This document shows positions 50,599 to 61,600 of a stretch of DNA of 64,000 bases, piece after piece (positions within the stretch are counted from its first letter, which is position 1; every line of letters begins with the position of its first letter). The DNA lies in the NCBI GenBank assembly GCA_004376575.1, contig SOJN01000046.1:48709-112708 (forward strand), in the 5' to 3' direction. Position numbers and translations under genes: made by a program. The notes beneath the pieces are model-generated. The model saw only the letters and a list, made by a program, of their open reading frames with translations, was not told where the DNA came from and searched no databases. The stretch comes from a candidate division TA06 bacterium. Lineage in GTDB: Bacteria > Hydrothermota > DG-26 > E44-bin18.

Positions 50599-53520
50599 AT
50601 GAATAAAAGTACAATAGTATTCAGCAACTGGAAATGTAGGAGATTGAAATTCCTGGCCAGCCTGGCTGCAGCAGGTTGCGTCTTGCTTTTCGCAAACCGG
50701 TGTGCAGGCGAGGTTGCCTGGTGGGACACAGACCATGACGAGAGAGCTCAGCTTATTGTTCAAAATCAATCCAGCAATACGCTTTACGCAGGGTATCCTG
50801 TGGCTGAGAGTCTGGACACCGGAACTCTCGTTTCTGCTGGCGACATGCTTGCCTCTGGAAACGATCTGAGGATTATTTACTACAATGGCGCGTCCAACGT
50901 GGAATTGGACAGGCGAATCATTTACATGAATTCCGACACCACGTTGGTCTGGTTCGCTGTTCAGCAGGATATAGCGCCTTCAGCAGCTGACAGCAACTAC
51001 TGGATGTACTACAACCACCCTTCAGCTTCAGCACCAAATGTTGACATTGACAGCATATTCGTGCCACCAAAAGATGGTTACAGTGCTGCACTCTACTTTT
51101 TCGAATCAGGCTCCGGTACGACCCTTGAAGACACTTCCGGGAATGACAATGATGGGACTGTTAATAACATGGACAACACCAACTGGGTCGAGGGAAAGCA
51201 CTCTCTTGGCCTTCACTTTGACGGGTCTAGTGAATATATCTCCGTTCCTGACGACGCCATCCTTGACATAGAAGACGAGATAACCTTGGAGACCTGGTTC
51301 AAACTCGATAATGCCTTCGGCCCCGATTCTGAAAACTATGACATGTCGCTCCTAGAAAAAGGGCCTTACGGCCTTAGGCTCGACCACGTTACAGGAGAAC
51401 TTGTATTCAGTCTTTCCGGTTGGACTGTGGAGTACGACTCTCCTCAGAGTGAGATCTATTCCTTGGCCCTCTACAACGGGAAGCTTTTCGCTGGTACTGG
51501 AGAGAGTGGCATAGTCCATACCTTTGACGGAGCCACGTGGTCTAGCGAGGACATCACTGATGAAAAGGATGTGATGTGCCTTTGCGTTTACGGAGGCAAG
51601 CTTTATGCTGGCACAGGTGAAGCGCAGGGTATTGGAGGCGGGAAGATTTATGTCTACGATGGCATAAGCTGGGTCCTGGAGTATGATACGCCAAGCAAAA
51701 ATATCCGCTCGATGGCCGTATACAGAGATACCCTTTTCGCAGGGAGCGGGAATTCGGGGTTGGTCTATAAGTTTGACGGGACTTCCTGGTCAAGTCAGGA
51801 TATTACAAACGATTGGGACATTTTCTCTCTACGAGTATACAACAACAAACTGTATGCTGGTACGGGGAACCCTTCGGCACAAGGCAAGGGATATTTCTAC
51901 TCGTACGATGGAACTTGGTCTCTTGAGTACGACAGCCCGTCAAAGAACATTTATTCGATGGCCGTATACACAGATACCCTTTTCGCGACGAGCGGGGATG
52001 AGGGGTTGGTGTATAAGTTTGACGGGACTTCCTGGTCGAGTGAAGATATTACATCACAAAAGGATGTGCTCTCCATATTTGTATATTCAGGCAAGCTCTA
52101 TGCAGGTACCGGGACCTTTGGATCTCCTATAGGGGCCGGGCTAATATACGAGTATGACGGCTCCTCATGGTCTCTTTCCTATAACACCCCTCAAAAAGAT
52201 GTATTCAGTCTTGGCGATTACAATGGCCTTCTCTATCTAGGCACTGGCAATTCTGGAATAATCTACACCTACCCTGATGAGGCGGTCTTGGCGTCTGCGC
52301 AGGGTTTATGGAACGCCGCCCAGTTCTACCACGTTGCAGGAACCTTTGATGGTTCTGACATGAAGATTTTTGTGGATGGGATTTTGGATACATCAAACTC
52401 GGTAAGTGTGATCATAGACAAGGACACTTCAGCACTGATGATTGGCGGAGGAATCGACACCACCTTTTTCAGAGGTTCTCTAGATGGTATGGGAGTTTCA
52501 GGTGTGGCGAGGACCGATTTCTGGTACGCCAAAATATCGCCAGAACCCACTGTGGCACTGGCTGGCACGGGGACATATACCTCCATGGGAGATATCAACA
52601 GGAGTACTTCGGACGGAAACATCGCCATCTATTGGCGGAGTGTCAGCGGAAGGACCTATGACGTTTTTTACTGCGATACTCTCCAGGGAACCTACACGGA
52701 TGTAGCAGATGTGGTTGCCAGTGGTGACACCACGAGCTGGACAGATGATGGTTCTGCTACGGGTACGCATCCTGATTCTGTTGTGGCCAGGTTCTACAGG
52801 GTTGAGTGCCAGACAGGAGCACTGAGCAGAAATACCACGGGCAAGATGAAGAGATCGATTGTCTCCGGGATGCAGCTCGTCAGCAACCCATTTATTCCAT
52901 ACAACTCATCGATTCAGAGTGTGCTTGGCGGACAGTTGACAGGAGCTGCGGATGAAGGGTATGCAGACAGGGTCTGGAAGTACGATACTGACATAGACGA
53001 CTACGTCTTTGCATGGCTGGTTGCTGGAGTTGGCGCGCCTTACGATGGAAAGTGGTGGAGTTCTCAGGACTTTGAGGAATCAACAATGGATCTGGGTCCT
53101 GACTGCGGTTTCTGGATACAATCGAGAAATGCAGCCCAGGAGATGACTTTTGTTGGTGAGGTCTCGGATACTTCTGACAGGGTGATATCGATTGTCTCAG
53201 GGATGCAGTTGTTTGGGAGCCCCTATCCGGATACAGTTCTCCTGAAGAACTCAGACCTGATTGAAGATGGTGCGACAGGTGCTACGACTGAACTGAATGC
53301 CGATAGGATTTGGTGGTGGGATCCTGATTCAACTAAGTACGACTATGCGTGGTTGGTGGACGATACGGGAGGCCCGAACGATAGTCTATGGTGGGATTCA
53401 GACCCCTGGGGTGAGACTTCAATCACTCTGAGGCCCGGCGAGGGTTACTGGTATCAGACAAGAGGTAACCCATTTACCTGGAGTTATTCGAAGCCCTATG
53501 ATGCGCCACCAAATCCGTAA
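50599..53520 (+). CDS. large secreted repeat protein (about 45-aa YAGTG/beta-propeller-like repeats, a LamG-like region, and a C-terminal tandem about-120-aa domain) with no T9SS CTD
   Basis: ATG 50599 has a GAGGAG RBS and a signal peptide. Repeats of the form LYAGTG...G.VY.FDG.SWS...DIT. The C-terminal 250 aa (VARFYRVE...GKWWSSQDF...WWDSDPWG...YWYQTRG) is shared with 55168..57201. Confidence 0.75.
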   Translation: MNKSTIVFSNWKCRRLKFLASLAAAGCVLLFANRCAGEVAWWDTDHDERAQLIVQNQSSNTLYAGYPVAESLDTGTLVSAGDMLASGNDLRIIYYNGASNVELDRRIIYMNSDTTLVWFAVQQDIAPSAADSNYWMYYNHPSASAPNVDIDSIFVPPKDGYSAALYFFESGSGTTLEDTSGNDNDGTVNNMDNTNWVEGKHSLGLHFDGSSEYISVPDDAILDIEDEITLETWFKLDNAFGPDSENYDMSLLEKGPYGLRLDHVTGELVFSLSGWTVEYDSPQSEIYSLALYNGKLFAGTGESGIVHTFDGATWSSEDITDEKDVMCLCVYGGKLYAGTGEAQGIGGGKIYVYDGISWVLEYDTPSKNIRSMAVYRDTLFAGSGNSGLVYKFDGTSWSSQDITNDWDIFSLRVYNNKLYAGTGNPSAQGKGYFYSYDGTWSLEYDSPSKNIYSMAVYTDTLFATSGDEGLVYKFDGTSWSSEDITSQKDVLSIFVYSGKLYAGTGTFGSPIGAGLIYEYDGSSWSLSYNTPQKDVFSLGDYNGLLYLGTGNSGIIYTYPDEAVLASAQGLWNAAQFYHVAGTFDGSDMKIFVDGILDTSNSVSVIIDKDTSALMIGGGIDTTFFRGSLDGMGVSGVARTDFWYAKISPEPTVALAGTGTYTSMGDINRSTSDGNIAIYWRSVSGRTYDVFYCDTLQGTYTDVADVVASGDTTSWTDDGSATGTHPDSVVARFYRVECQTGALSRNTTGKMKRSIVSGMQLVSNPFIPYNSSIQSVLGGQLTGAADEGYADRVWKYDTDIDDYVFAWLVAGVGAPYDGKWWSSQDFEESTMDLGPDCGFWIQSRNAAQEMTFVGEVSDTSDRVISIVSGMQLFGSPYPDTVLLKNSDLIEDGATGATTELNADRIWWWDPDSTKYDYAWLVDDTGGPNDSLWWDSDPWGETSITLRPGEGYWYQTRGNPFTWSYSKPYDAPPNP

Positions 53521-53532
53521 TAGAGAACAGAA

Positions 53533-54420
53533 ATGGAGGTGATGCCCGTGAAAAAGTTAGTTGCGTGTATTTCGTTGACGGCGTTGGTCTTTCTGATTGC
53601 AGCCCCGGCCGCATCTAATGTGGGGATAAATGTCAACTGGGGTGCATTCACTCATCCCATACTGGACAAGGGTGGCAAACCGCTGGATGATTTGTGTCTT
53701 GTTCAACTCATCTGGGATGCTGATGGAGATGGAATCGATCCGCCTGGTGAAGATGGTCTTCCTTCTGGCGGAGATGAGCTTCTTGATATCTCGTATACAG
53801 GATGTGGCAGCTTCTTTGCAGGCAAGTTCTCCGAGAATACGAATCTCAAGATTGTGGGAAGAGGTGAGTGTATCTATGTGAGAGCCTGGAATGCAGAAAA
53901 GATCGGTAAGGCCACACACTATGGTGATACGAGAGTTTTGGATCCCGGTCTGTGGGTCGTAGACAACAGGGTTGGCTTGACTGTGGATGCTACAGAAGAC
54001 ACGCCCTGGGGGACAACGCTTTGGTGGGGACCGGCGGACGTCCCGCTTGGGAGGCTGGCCAGGTACTATCGTACGGAACTCCTTCAGAACCGTCCGAATC
54101 CCTTCTTGGGGAATACGACAATAGGCTACTGCGTTCCTGGCGTACGAACCTGGGAGATGATGAAGGGTGGAGACAGGAATGCCGTATATGATGAGACTGA
54201 CCTGAATAGTGTGAGTGTCAGGATATACGATGTGTCTGGGAGGATGGTGAGGAAAGTAGTTGGTGCACACAGGCTGCCCGGCTATCACCAAATCGCCTGG
54301 GACGCAAAAGACGACCTTGGGAGAAGAGTTCCCTCGGGCTCATATTTCTGCAGGCTGTCTATTAAGAAGTCAGATGGGTCGGCCAGGACGATTACCAAGA
54401 AGATGGTGCTTTTGAAATAA
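53533..54420 (+). CDS. small secreted 'VNWGAF / WDADGDGID' protein with a T9SS C-terminal sorting domain (partner of the upstream large protein)
   Basis: Signal peptide. VNWGAFTHPILD...LVQLIWDADGDGIDPPGEDGLPSGGDELLD. CTD LLQNRPNPF...VRIYDVSGRMVRKV...SGSYFCRLS...KKMVLLK. The likely start is GTG 53548, which has GGAGGTG upstream. Confidence 0.75.
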   Translation: MEVMPVKKLVACISLTALVFLIAAPAASNVGINVNWGAFTHPILDKGGKPLDDLCLVQLIWDADGDGIDPPGEDGLPSGGDELLDISYTGCGSFFAGKFSENTNLKIVGRGECIYVRAWNAEKIGKATHYGDTRVLDPGLWVVDNRVGLTVDATEDTPWGTTLWWGPADVPLGRLARYYRTELLQNRPNPFLGNTTIGYCVPGVRTWEMMKGGDRNAVYDETDLNSVSVRIYDVSGRMVRKVVGAHRLPGYHQIAWDAKDDLGRRVPSGSYFCRLSIKKSDGSARTITKKMVLLK

Positions 54421-54446
54421 ACGACAATATCTTCCCTCCCACACAT

Positions 54447-54477
54447 GCCCTCTGTGATCAGTTTTCGCGCAGAGGGC
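54447..54477 (+). terminator. hairpin gccctctg-N15-cagagggc after the CTD gene (possible terminator)
   Basis: 8-bp GC stem. The downstream T-tract is weak. Confidence 0.3.
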
Positions 54478-54489
54478 ACTTCCTTTCTA

Positions 54490-54547
54490 CGAAGTACAAA
54501 GTACAAAATGCAAAGTACAACGCATAAGGTACGGAGTACAGTACAGA
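54490..54547. repeat. tandem AAGTACAA motif array
   Basis: cgaagtacaaagtacaaaatgcaaagtacaacg...ggtacggagtacagtacag. Confidence 0.5.
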
Positions 54548-54942
54548 GACCTCAATCCGAAAGCAAGACATTGGAACCACTAGATTACACAAGATTAACA
54601 CAGATTGAAACCCATCCTCATGGTTCAACCCGAACCAGAAGGATAATCTTGTGGTAATCTGTGAAAATCTGTGGTTCAGAGGCTTTCGAGGAGGTGGGGT
54701 CAGGCGTGCACTTTTGGACTTTTGCCCTTTGACCTTGCTCAGGACCTTTGGACTTTTGAAGAATTGCCAATTGTGAATCGGGAAAGAATGAGTAGAGAGT
54801 ACAGAGGACAAAGGCGCGAGGCGCGTAACGGTTTGTTATATCAGTACTTGGGTTCTAACCGTGGGGCACTGTGGCGGAGTGCAAAAAGCGACAAAACAGA
54901 GCCTGTGGAGCGTCTTTTGGAGACTGTTTTCGTGCTCATTTC

Positions 54943-54958
54943 TGGCACAGTTATTGAT
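54943..54958 (+). promoter_or_regulatory. sigma-54-like promoter TGGCAC-N5-TTGAT
   Basis: tcTGGCACagttaTTGATgc lies 210 nt upstream of ATG 55168. Confidence 0.4.
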
Positions 54959-55167
54959 GCTTAATGCATACGTGGGGTGCGGTGACTCGGTGGGAAATAG
55001 GCAATTGAACGGAAGGTTGGTTGTTACTAAGTGACAATAGCCGAGAGACTTACTAGGTCAAATCCTCTCGCACTGACTTATCTCTACTGCTATGAGAGCC
55101 TGGAATATGTTGTTATATTTGTCAGGAACAACGCAATGTGTTGTTACATGCCGTAGGAGGGGTTCTC

Positions 55168-57201
55168 ATGAAACCAAAACTTGTTAGAAGTAGATTCTCG
55201 GTGACTGCCCTGGTCGTCATCAGCATCATGTTCTGGGGAGTGACTTTCTCAGGAGACTGGCAGAGATACAGTGTGGATGAGAGGCCGCCAATGGACGTGA
55301 TTGCCCTGGCTGTTGGAGATGTCGATAATGATGGGGACAATGAAGTGGTAGCTGGAGGAACTGGCTCGGGACTTAGAATTTATGATGGAGCAAAATGCTC
55401 CTGGAACTCCGAAGAGATTGTCGCGGGATTGAAGATAAATTCAGTCACAGTTTCAGATGCAGACAATGATGGCGAACAAGAAGTAGTCTGCGGCACAGCC
55501 GATAAAAGGGTCATTCTGTATCAGTTCACGAGGAATGAGTGGATTGAACACATAGTCGATGCCAATGCGGGTAAAGCCGTTTTGTCAGTAGCCTGTGGAG
55601 ACGCCGACAATGACAGCTACATCGAGATCGTCGCGGGGACAGAGGGAAAGAAAGTATACATCTATGAGGGCTCAGGGGATTCGTGGACAAAGACATTGGT
55701 CGATGGAAATGCCGTGAACGATGTGATGGCCGTGGCTGTTGGAGATGCGGATGGAGATGGTCAGATGGAGATAGTGTGCGGGACAATGGGGAAGAGGGTT
55801 TACGTGTATGAGAAAAACGGGGAATCGTGGGAAAGGAGCGAAGTTGATCGCAAGGTCGGTTCCGCGGTAAGGAGTATTGACATAGGGGATTGTGATGGGG
55901 ATGGGGCGATGGAGATTGTTGTCGGCACAGACGAGAAGGGAGTGAACCAGTACAAGTGGGACGGATCGTCATGGTCAATGGAGACTATTGACTCGAAAGT
56001 GGGAGGAGAGGTTTACGGCGTGAGGATCTGTGACGTGGGTGACGACGTGTCAAGAAGACTGGCTGTCATAGTAAGAAGGAAGAAGGGGAAGAAGGGGAAC
56101 AAGGGGAACAGACTTCTGCTCTATAAGAAAGGACCGTCTGGCTGGGTTAGCACAGAGGTAGACGCTGAGGTGGAAGGAGAGGCGACAGCTCTCGCCATAG
56201 GGGATGCTAATGATGACGGGCACATTGAGCTACTTGCTGGCACATCGAAAAAGAGGAACCTTTTCATCTACGACCAATGGGCATTCTATGGTTTACAAAA
56301 AGTGACAGGGACTGATGACATTGTGCTGAACTGGCCGGGTAAACCTGGTATAACATATGAAGTTTTTTATTCCCATCAACCTTACGCGGGATTCCAGTAC
56401 GTTGCCGGTGTATCTGCGGTGACTGACTCGGTTCAGTGGATTGATGATGGCAGCATTATAGGCGTACACCCCAAGGATGTTGTTGCCAGGTACTACAGGA
56501 TCAGACTGAAGGGTTTCAAGAACTTTTCCAATACTGTTGGAAAATTCTCTAGAGCACTCGAAACTGAAATGCATCTTGTGTCTATGCCGCTTATCCCTTA
56601 TTCCACATCCGTACAGGATGTCATCGGAGACCAGCTGACGGGTGCACCAGATGAGTCGTATGCGGACAGAGTGTGGAAGTGGGATGCAGATATTCAAGAC
56701 TTTGCATACGCCTGGCTTGTTGACGGAGTCGGGCCGCCGTTTGACGGCAAGTGGTGGAGTTCTGGTCATTTCGGACCCTCCACTATGACCCTCAATTTTG
56801 GAGAGGGATTCTTCATTCAGACAAGGCACGAGAATCAAATGGTCACCTTTCTAGGCTCTGTGCCAGAGTGTGTCGTCTCCGTGGCTGATATCCGTCCGGG
56901 GTTGCAGATGATTGGCACACCATCGCCTGAGATTCTCCCGCTTGACGGTTGTGGGTTCCAGGCTAGCGGCGCAAAAGGAGCTCCGTCCGAGCTTTTGGCT
57001 GATAGAGTGTGGTACTGGGACGAGGATGGCCTTTTCTATACATACTCATGGCTTATGGACCGCACTGACGCACCTGAAGACGCCAGATGGTGGTCCTCAG
57101 ACCCCATGGGCCCGACTAAGATGACTATGATACCAGGGCAAGGTTACTGGTATCAGGCGAGAGGGACTGGATTTGCTTGGAGTTTTGCAAGACAAAGGTG
57201 A
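55168..57201 (+). CDS. secreted FG-GAP-repeat beta-propeller protein with a C-terminal tandem about-120-aa domain and no CTD
   Basis: AGGAGG RBS. Six or seven FG-GAP units (GDxDNDGxxEVVxGT...). The C-terminal 250 aa is paralogous to the end of 50599..53520. Confidence 0.75.
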   Translation: MKPKLVRSRFSVTALVVISIMFWGVTFSGDWQRYSVDERPPMDVIALAVGDVDNDGDNEVVAGGTGSGLRIYDGAKCSWNSEEIVAGLKINSVTVSDADNDGEQEVVCGTADKRVILYQFTRNEWIEHIVDANAGKAVLSVACGDADNDSYIEIVAGTEGKKVYIYEGSGDSWTKTLVDGNAVNDVMAVAVGDADGDGQMEIVCGTMGKRVYVYEKNGESWERSEVDRKVGSAVRSIDIGDCDGDGAMEIVVGTDEKGVNQYKWDGSSWSMETIDSKVGGEVYGVRICDVGDDVSRRLAVIVRRKKGKKGNKGNRLLLYKKGPSGWVSTEVDAEVEGEATALAIGDANDDGHIELLAGTSKKRNLFIYDQWAFYGLQKVTGTDDIVLNWPGKPGITYEVFYSHQPYAGFQYVAGVSAVTDSVQWIDDGSIIGVHPKDVVARYYRIRLKGFKNFSNTVGKFSRALETEMHLVSMPLIPYSTSVQDVIGDQLTGAPDESYADRVWKWDADIQDFAYAWLVDGVGPPFDGKWWSSGHFGPSTMTLNFGEGFFIQTRHENQMVTFLGSVPECVVSVADIRPGLQMIGTPSPEILPLDGCGFQASGAKGAPSELLADRVWYWDEDGLFYTYSWLMDRTDAPEDARWWSSDPMGPTKMTMIPGQGYWYQARGTGFAWSFARQR

Positions 57202-57219
57202 AAAAATGGAGGTGTCTAC

Positions 57220-58146
57220 ATGCAGAAGGCGTGTGTGATTCTCTTGGGATTTGCGTTATGTCTTGTGGTTGCGAATCCGCCATCATCTGGGGCTGGTGTG
57301 GTTGCCAACGGGGACGCGTTTAGAAAAGCCATACTGGACGATGTTGGAGTAGCGGTAAACTGGGGCGCATTTCAAAATCCCATACTTGACCATGATGGTT
57401 CAGTGATAGACGATGGATGTCTTGTTCAACTCATCTGGGACGCTGATGGAGATGGAATCGATGAGCCCGGTGAAGGTGGCATTCCCTCTGGAGGGGATGA
57501 ACTTCTGGATGTCTCGTACACCAGACAGGGTTCATTCTTCCCCGGCAAATTCTCGAACAATACAACACTAGGTAACGTGGGTGTAGGTGAGCGCATCTAC
57601 GTGCGTGCCTGGAACGCAGAGACTGTTAAGAACGCAACTTACTATGGCGATACTAGACTGGTCCAGCCGAGTCTGTGGAGTGTCGGCAACAGCATGAGAA
57701 TGGCACTGGACGCGACTGAGGGTGGGAGTTGGAGCACGACAGCGCGTTGGTCACTGCAAGGAGTCCTGTTGTGGAGGTTGGAAAGGACCTATTCTGCGGA
57801 GCTCCTCCAGAACCATCCGAATCCGTTTAAAGGGCATACCGCCATAACCTATTGGGTTGCGGGTAGACGAGTGTGGGGAATGACCGATGATGGAAAGGAC
57901 ATAATCACCTATTACGGCGGATCTGATAACAACATTGCCAACGTGTCCGTGTACGATGCAACAGGTAGATGCGTTCGCAAATTAGTTGATGAGGCGCGGG
58001 TGCCTGGATTTTACCAGGTCGTCTGGGATGGAAGAGACGATCTTGGACAAAAGGTGCCCTCGAGTTCATATTTCTGCAGGCTCTCTACAAAAAACTTAGA
58101 CGGCTCGGCCACAACGATCACCAAGAAGATGATACTTCTGAAGTAG
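57220..58146 (+). CDS. small secreted 'VNWGAF / WDADGDGID' protein with a T9SS CTD (paralog of 53548..54420)
   Basis: GGAGGTG RBS in the same context as its paralog. VNWGAFQNPILD...LVQLIWDADGDGIDEPGEGGIPSGGDELLD. CTD LLQNHPNPF...VYDATGRCVRKL...SSSYFCRLS...KKMILLK. Confidence 0.8.
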   Translation: MQKACVILLGFALCLVVANPPSSGAGVVANGDAFRKAILDDVGVAVNWGAFQNPILDHDGSVIDDGCLVQLIWDADGDGIDEPGEGGIPSGGDELLDVSYTRQGSFFPGKFSNNTTLGNVGVGERIYVRAWNAETVKNATYYGDTRLVQPSLWSVGNSMRMALDATEGGSWSTTARWSLQGVLLWRLERTYSAELLQNHPNPFKGHTAITYWVAGRRVWGMTDDGKDIITYYGGSDNNIANVSVYDATGRCVRKLVDEARVPGFYQVVWDGRDDLGQKVPSSSYFCRLSTKNLDGSATTITKKMILLK

Positions 58147-58593
58147 GGCCGCATGGCGATACGCACCTGCTGCATCCCTCCAGATAGAAACCTTCTGTAT
58201 GGAACTCTCAGACAGAGGGCTTTTTCTACTCACATTTAATAACATAAGCTGTCAGCTCGAACCCTGTAGGGGCAGGGTTTCCCTGCCCTGGATGGGATTT
58301 TGCTTTGGAGTAGCGCCACTTGTGGCGCGAGTGTGCGCCGAGCAGGCTCGGCTACTCCAGATTCATAGCAGGGTGTGGGGGCAGGCCCTTCGACTCCCCT
58401 CAGGATACACATGGACTTTTGATAAATCGCGAACTGCAAACTACAGACTATGAATTGACAGGCCGTCGGGCATCAGCTGCCAGCCGGCGTGTTTTCCATT
58501 TTCCTAATTTCCAGGGTGCAGGAAGAGGTTGGGAGGAATTTCTCAATTTCGATCTCTTGAGTGTGGGGTAGGGGACCGGGGATGTCTTTTCTC

Positions 58594-58622
58594 TTGACTC
58601 TCACCTATCTCCAGTGTAGTAT
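58594..58622 (+). promoter_or_regulatory. sigma-70-type promoter (TTGACT-17-TAGTAT)
   Basis: Boxes seen in sequence. They place the transcription start about 58630, which supports GTG 58674 (GAGGAGGGG RBS) as the start codon. Confidence 0.4.
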
Positions 58623-58673
58623 AAACCACTGGTGGAATCGGGCTTAATTAAGTTTGTGAGGAGGGGTCTGCGT

Positions 58674-61600
58674 GTGGCTTTCCGATCGAGAGGCTTGCCT
58701 CTCCTTTTTCTCATTCTGGCATATCCGTGCCTGGCCCTCTCTTTTGGCGCTGAGACAGAACGCACATCCCTGATAGAAATTGTCGCCCTGGGCCCTGAGA
58801 GAGTAGAGATAGAAGTCACCTGTGGCTCTATCGCTAACATGGCGTTGACAGGCGACTCTCTGAGTACCTTTTCGGTTACGATCCCCGGGTTTGATCAAGA
58901 TTGCACACCTTTTGGCCCCTGTCTGCCGGTCAAGGGCTTTGCCGTTGGCATTCCGGTGGATGCAGACCCCGCAGTCACCATTATTGAGAAGAGTTCTTAT
59001 GATCTGAAGATACCATCAGGATGGCCAAGCTCGCTGGGGAGTTCTGAGATTCAATCTCCCGTTGAGATTGGACTGGTTGGCTTCATAAGAGATCTGAAAG
59101 TTGCCCAGATTCTGATCCATCCCGTCGCTTATCTTCCTGAGACCAAAACCCTGAGGGTTTATGATCACATCAGGTTTGTTGTCAGATTTAAATCCAATTA
59201 TGCTGGTCCAATTGATGGCCTCGGTACCCAGGACCCTCTGGATAGGCTTCTGTACTCTCTGGTCATAAATCCCGAGCAGTCGAGTAAATACAAGGTGAGA
59301 AGGCAAAGAGATAACAGACAAAGCAATCTGCTCGCCGGTGGAACTGAAAGGTATAAGATCCTTGTTCAAGAAGAGGGAATATACAGGATAACTGGTTCTG
59401 AGCTTGAGGCTGCGGGCATGGAGATCGAGTGGGTAGACCCTCGTATGATCCACCTTGAAAACCTTGGTCAACCTGTTCCCCTCTATGTCCACGGGGATGC
59501 TGATGGGAAGCTGGACGAGGACGACTACCTGGAATTCTACGGAGAAGGACCAAGAGGTGACTATACTTATTTCAACATGTATGCCACTTCTAATGTGTAC
59601 TGGCTCTTTGTGGGTGATTCTCTAGGTCTTCCCATGATTGAAGAGGATGGTGGTCTTCTGGAGACTGACCCAGCGCAGTTGGAAATGCCGACCTCTTACG
59701 ATTTCGATGTACACACCGAAGTGGATAACTGGTTCGAAAGGCTTCCCAACGACACCATGGTGCAGCAGGATATGTGGTTCTGGGACATGGTGAGTGCGAG
59801 TGAGCAGGCAATAAAGGACTTTCCTCTGGATCTTCCGGATCCGGATTTGGGCTCAGGGGACACCGTTGTGGTGAAACTGGGGCTTCAGGGAATGAGCCAT
59901 CATGGGGATGTCAACCCCGACCACCACTGCTTATTCTATTTGAGCGGTGCACTTGCAGGTGGAACCTACTGGGATGGACAGCACACGCATGTTTTCAGTT
60001 CTGAGGAGGAAGGAACAGGACTGGAAAACACTGTGCTCTCTGAGTCCGGCAACAAGCTTACCATCGTGATGCCCGGGGATACGCCGGCGGGATTTGAGGA
60101 CAGAGTTCTCGTTAACTGGATTGAGATTAGCTACACAAGGCAGTATAAGGCAGAAAATGATTACATCCGTTTTTCCAAACCTCGCAATGGAAGTATCGGG
60201 CTGTATCAGTTCACCATAGAGGGTTTCACGACCCCTGAGGTTTCCATCTACAAACTGGGAAAGAGTAAGCTGGCAAATCTGTCCATAGAGCCTGTCATAT
60301 TATTTGGGGACACGTCATACCAGGCTGCTTTCCAGACGAGAATAGTCTCTGAGGGTGTGGAGTTTGTGGCCGTCGCGGAATCCAGAAAAAAGAAAGTTGT
60401 TTCGCTGGAGAAAGATCAACCTTCTGACCTGCACTCAAGCCTGAATGGTGCCGACATCATAGTCGTGGTGCATGATTCCCTGGCCGTTTCCGCAGAAGAG
60501 TATGAGACTTTTAGAGAGTCCCAGGGCTACAGGGTCGAACTGGTGAACGTGAGTGATGTTTACGATGAGTTCAGTTATGGAATAAGAGACGCAAGCGCGA
60601 TAAGAGATTTCTTGAGGTATGCCTATTTGAATTGGATTCCTCCCGCTCCTTCGATGTGTGTTCTGATTGGCGATGGTAGTAGTGACGATAGAGACCTGAA
60701 CAAGAGGGGAGGGAACCTGATCCCTGTTCACGTTGAGAGGTCCATCTACAGCGGGCTGGTGGCCAGTGATAACTGGTACGCTTGCATCATCGGCGATGAC
60801 TTTCTCCCTGATATGATTGTCTCCAGGTTTCCTGTATTGACTCGCCAGGAGCTTTCGTCTGTCATAGAAAAGCTCAAAAGGCATGAGGACAGATCCACCG
60901 TGGGTGCATGGAGGGGGAGAGTGCTCTGTGCTGCGGGTGAAGGAGGGGGCTTCGGGGTAAGATTCAGAGAGCTGATGGAAGACAGCATCGCGAAAATCTA
61001 CCTTCCAATCTGGGCTGACGGAAAGAGGGTATACGCAGAGCATCTGCCCGGAGTTGACCCTGACCCCTTTTACGGAGACAAGGGCGATCTTTTCGGCTTC
61101 TTAAATGATGGTGTGTCGGTAGTCCAGTATCTCGGCCACGGAAGTGGAGGGACTTGGTCCAACCCTTATCTTTTGACTCCCCAGGATGTGCCGGACCTGG
61201 ACAATACGGGTAAGATACCAGTGGTGGCGAGCTTCACATGTTTCACTTCCGTGTTCGACCAGCCCAGCAGACAAGGCCTGGGTGAAGCGTTGTTCCTCGA
61301 ACCGGAAGGGGGCGCAGTCGCGGTGATCGGGGCAACATCCCTCGGCTATTTCTGGGAGGATGTGGACCTGGCGCGCTCATTCAACCAGACGATGGTGGAG
61401 GATTCCACAAGAACCGTGGGGTCGCTCTTCTATGGTTCAAAACTGAACTACGCATTCTCCAACTATGGAGGCTACGCCGCCACAATGATTAAGTGCTACT
61501 GCATGCTGGGTGATCCCGCCTCCCGGTTCTCATTACCAGTTCGAGAAGTTGAAGTGGGTGTCTATCCCCGGTCTGTGGGCAAAGGCGACAGCGTGAGATT

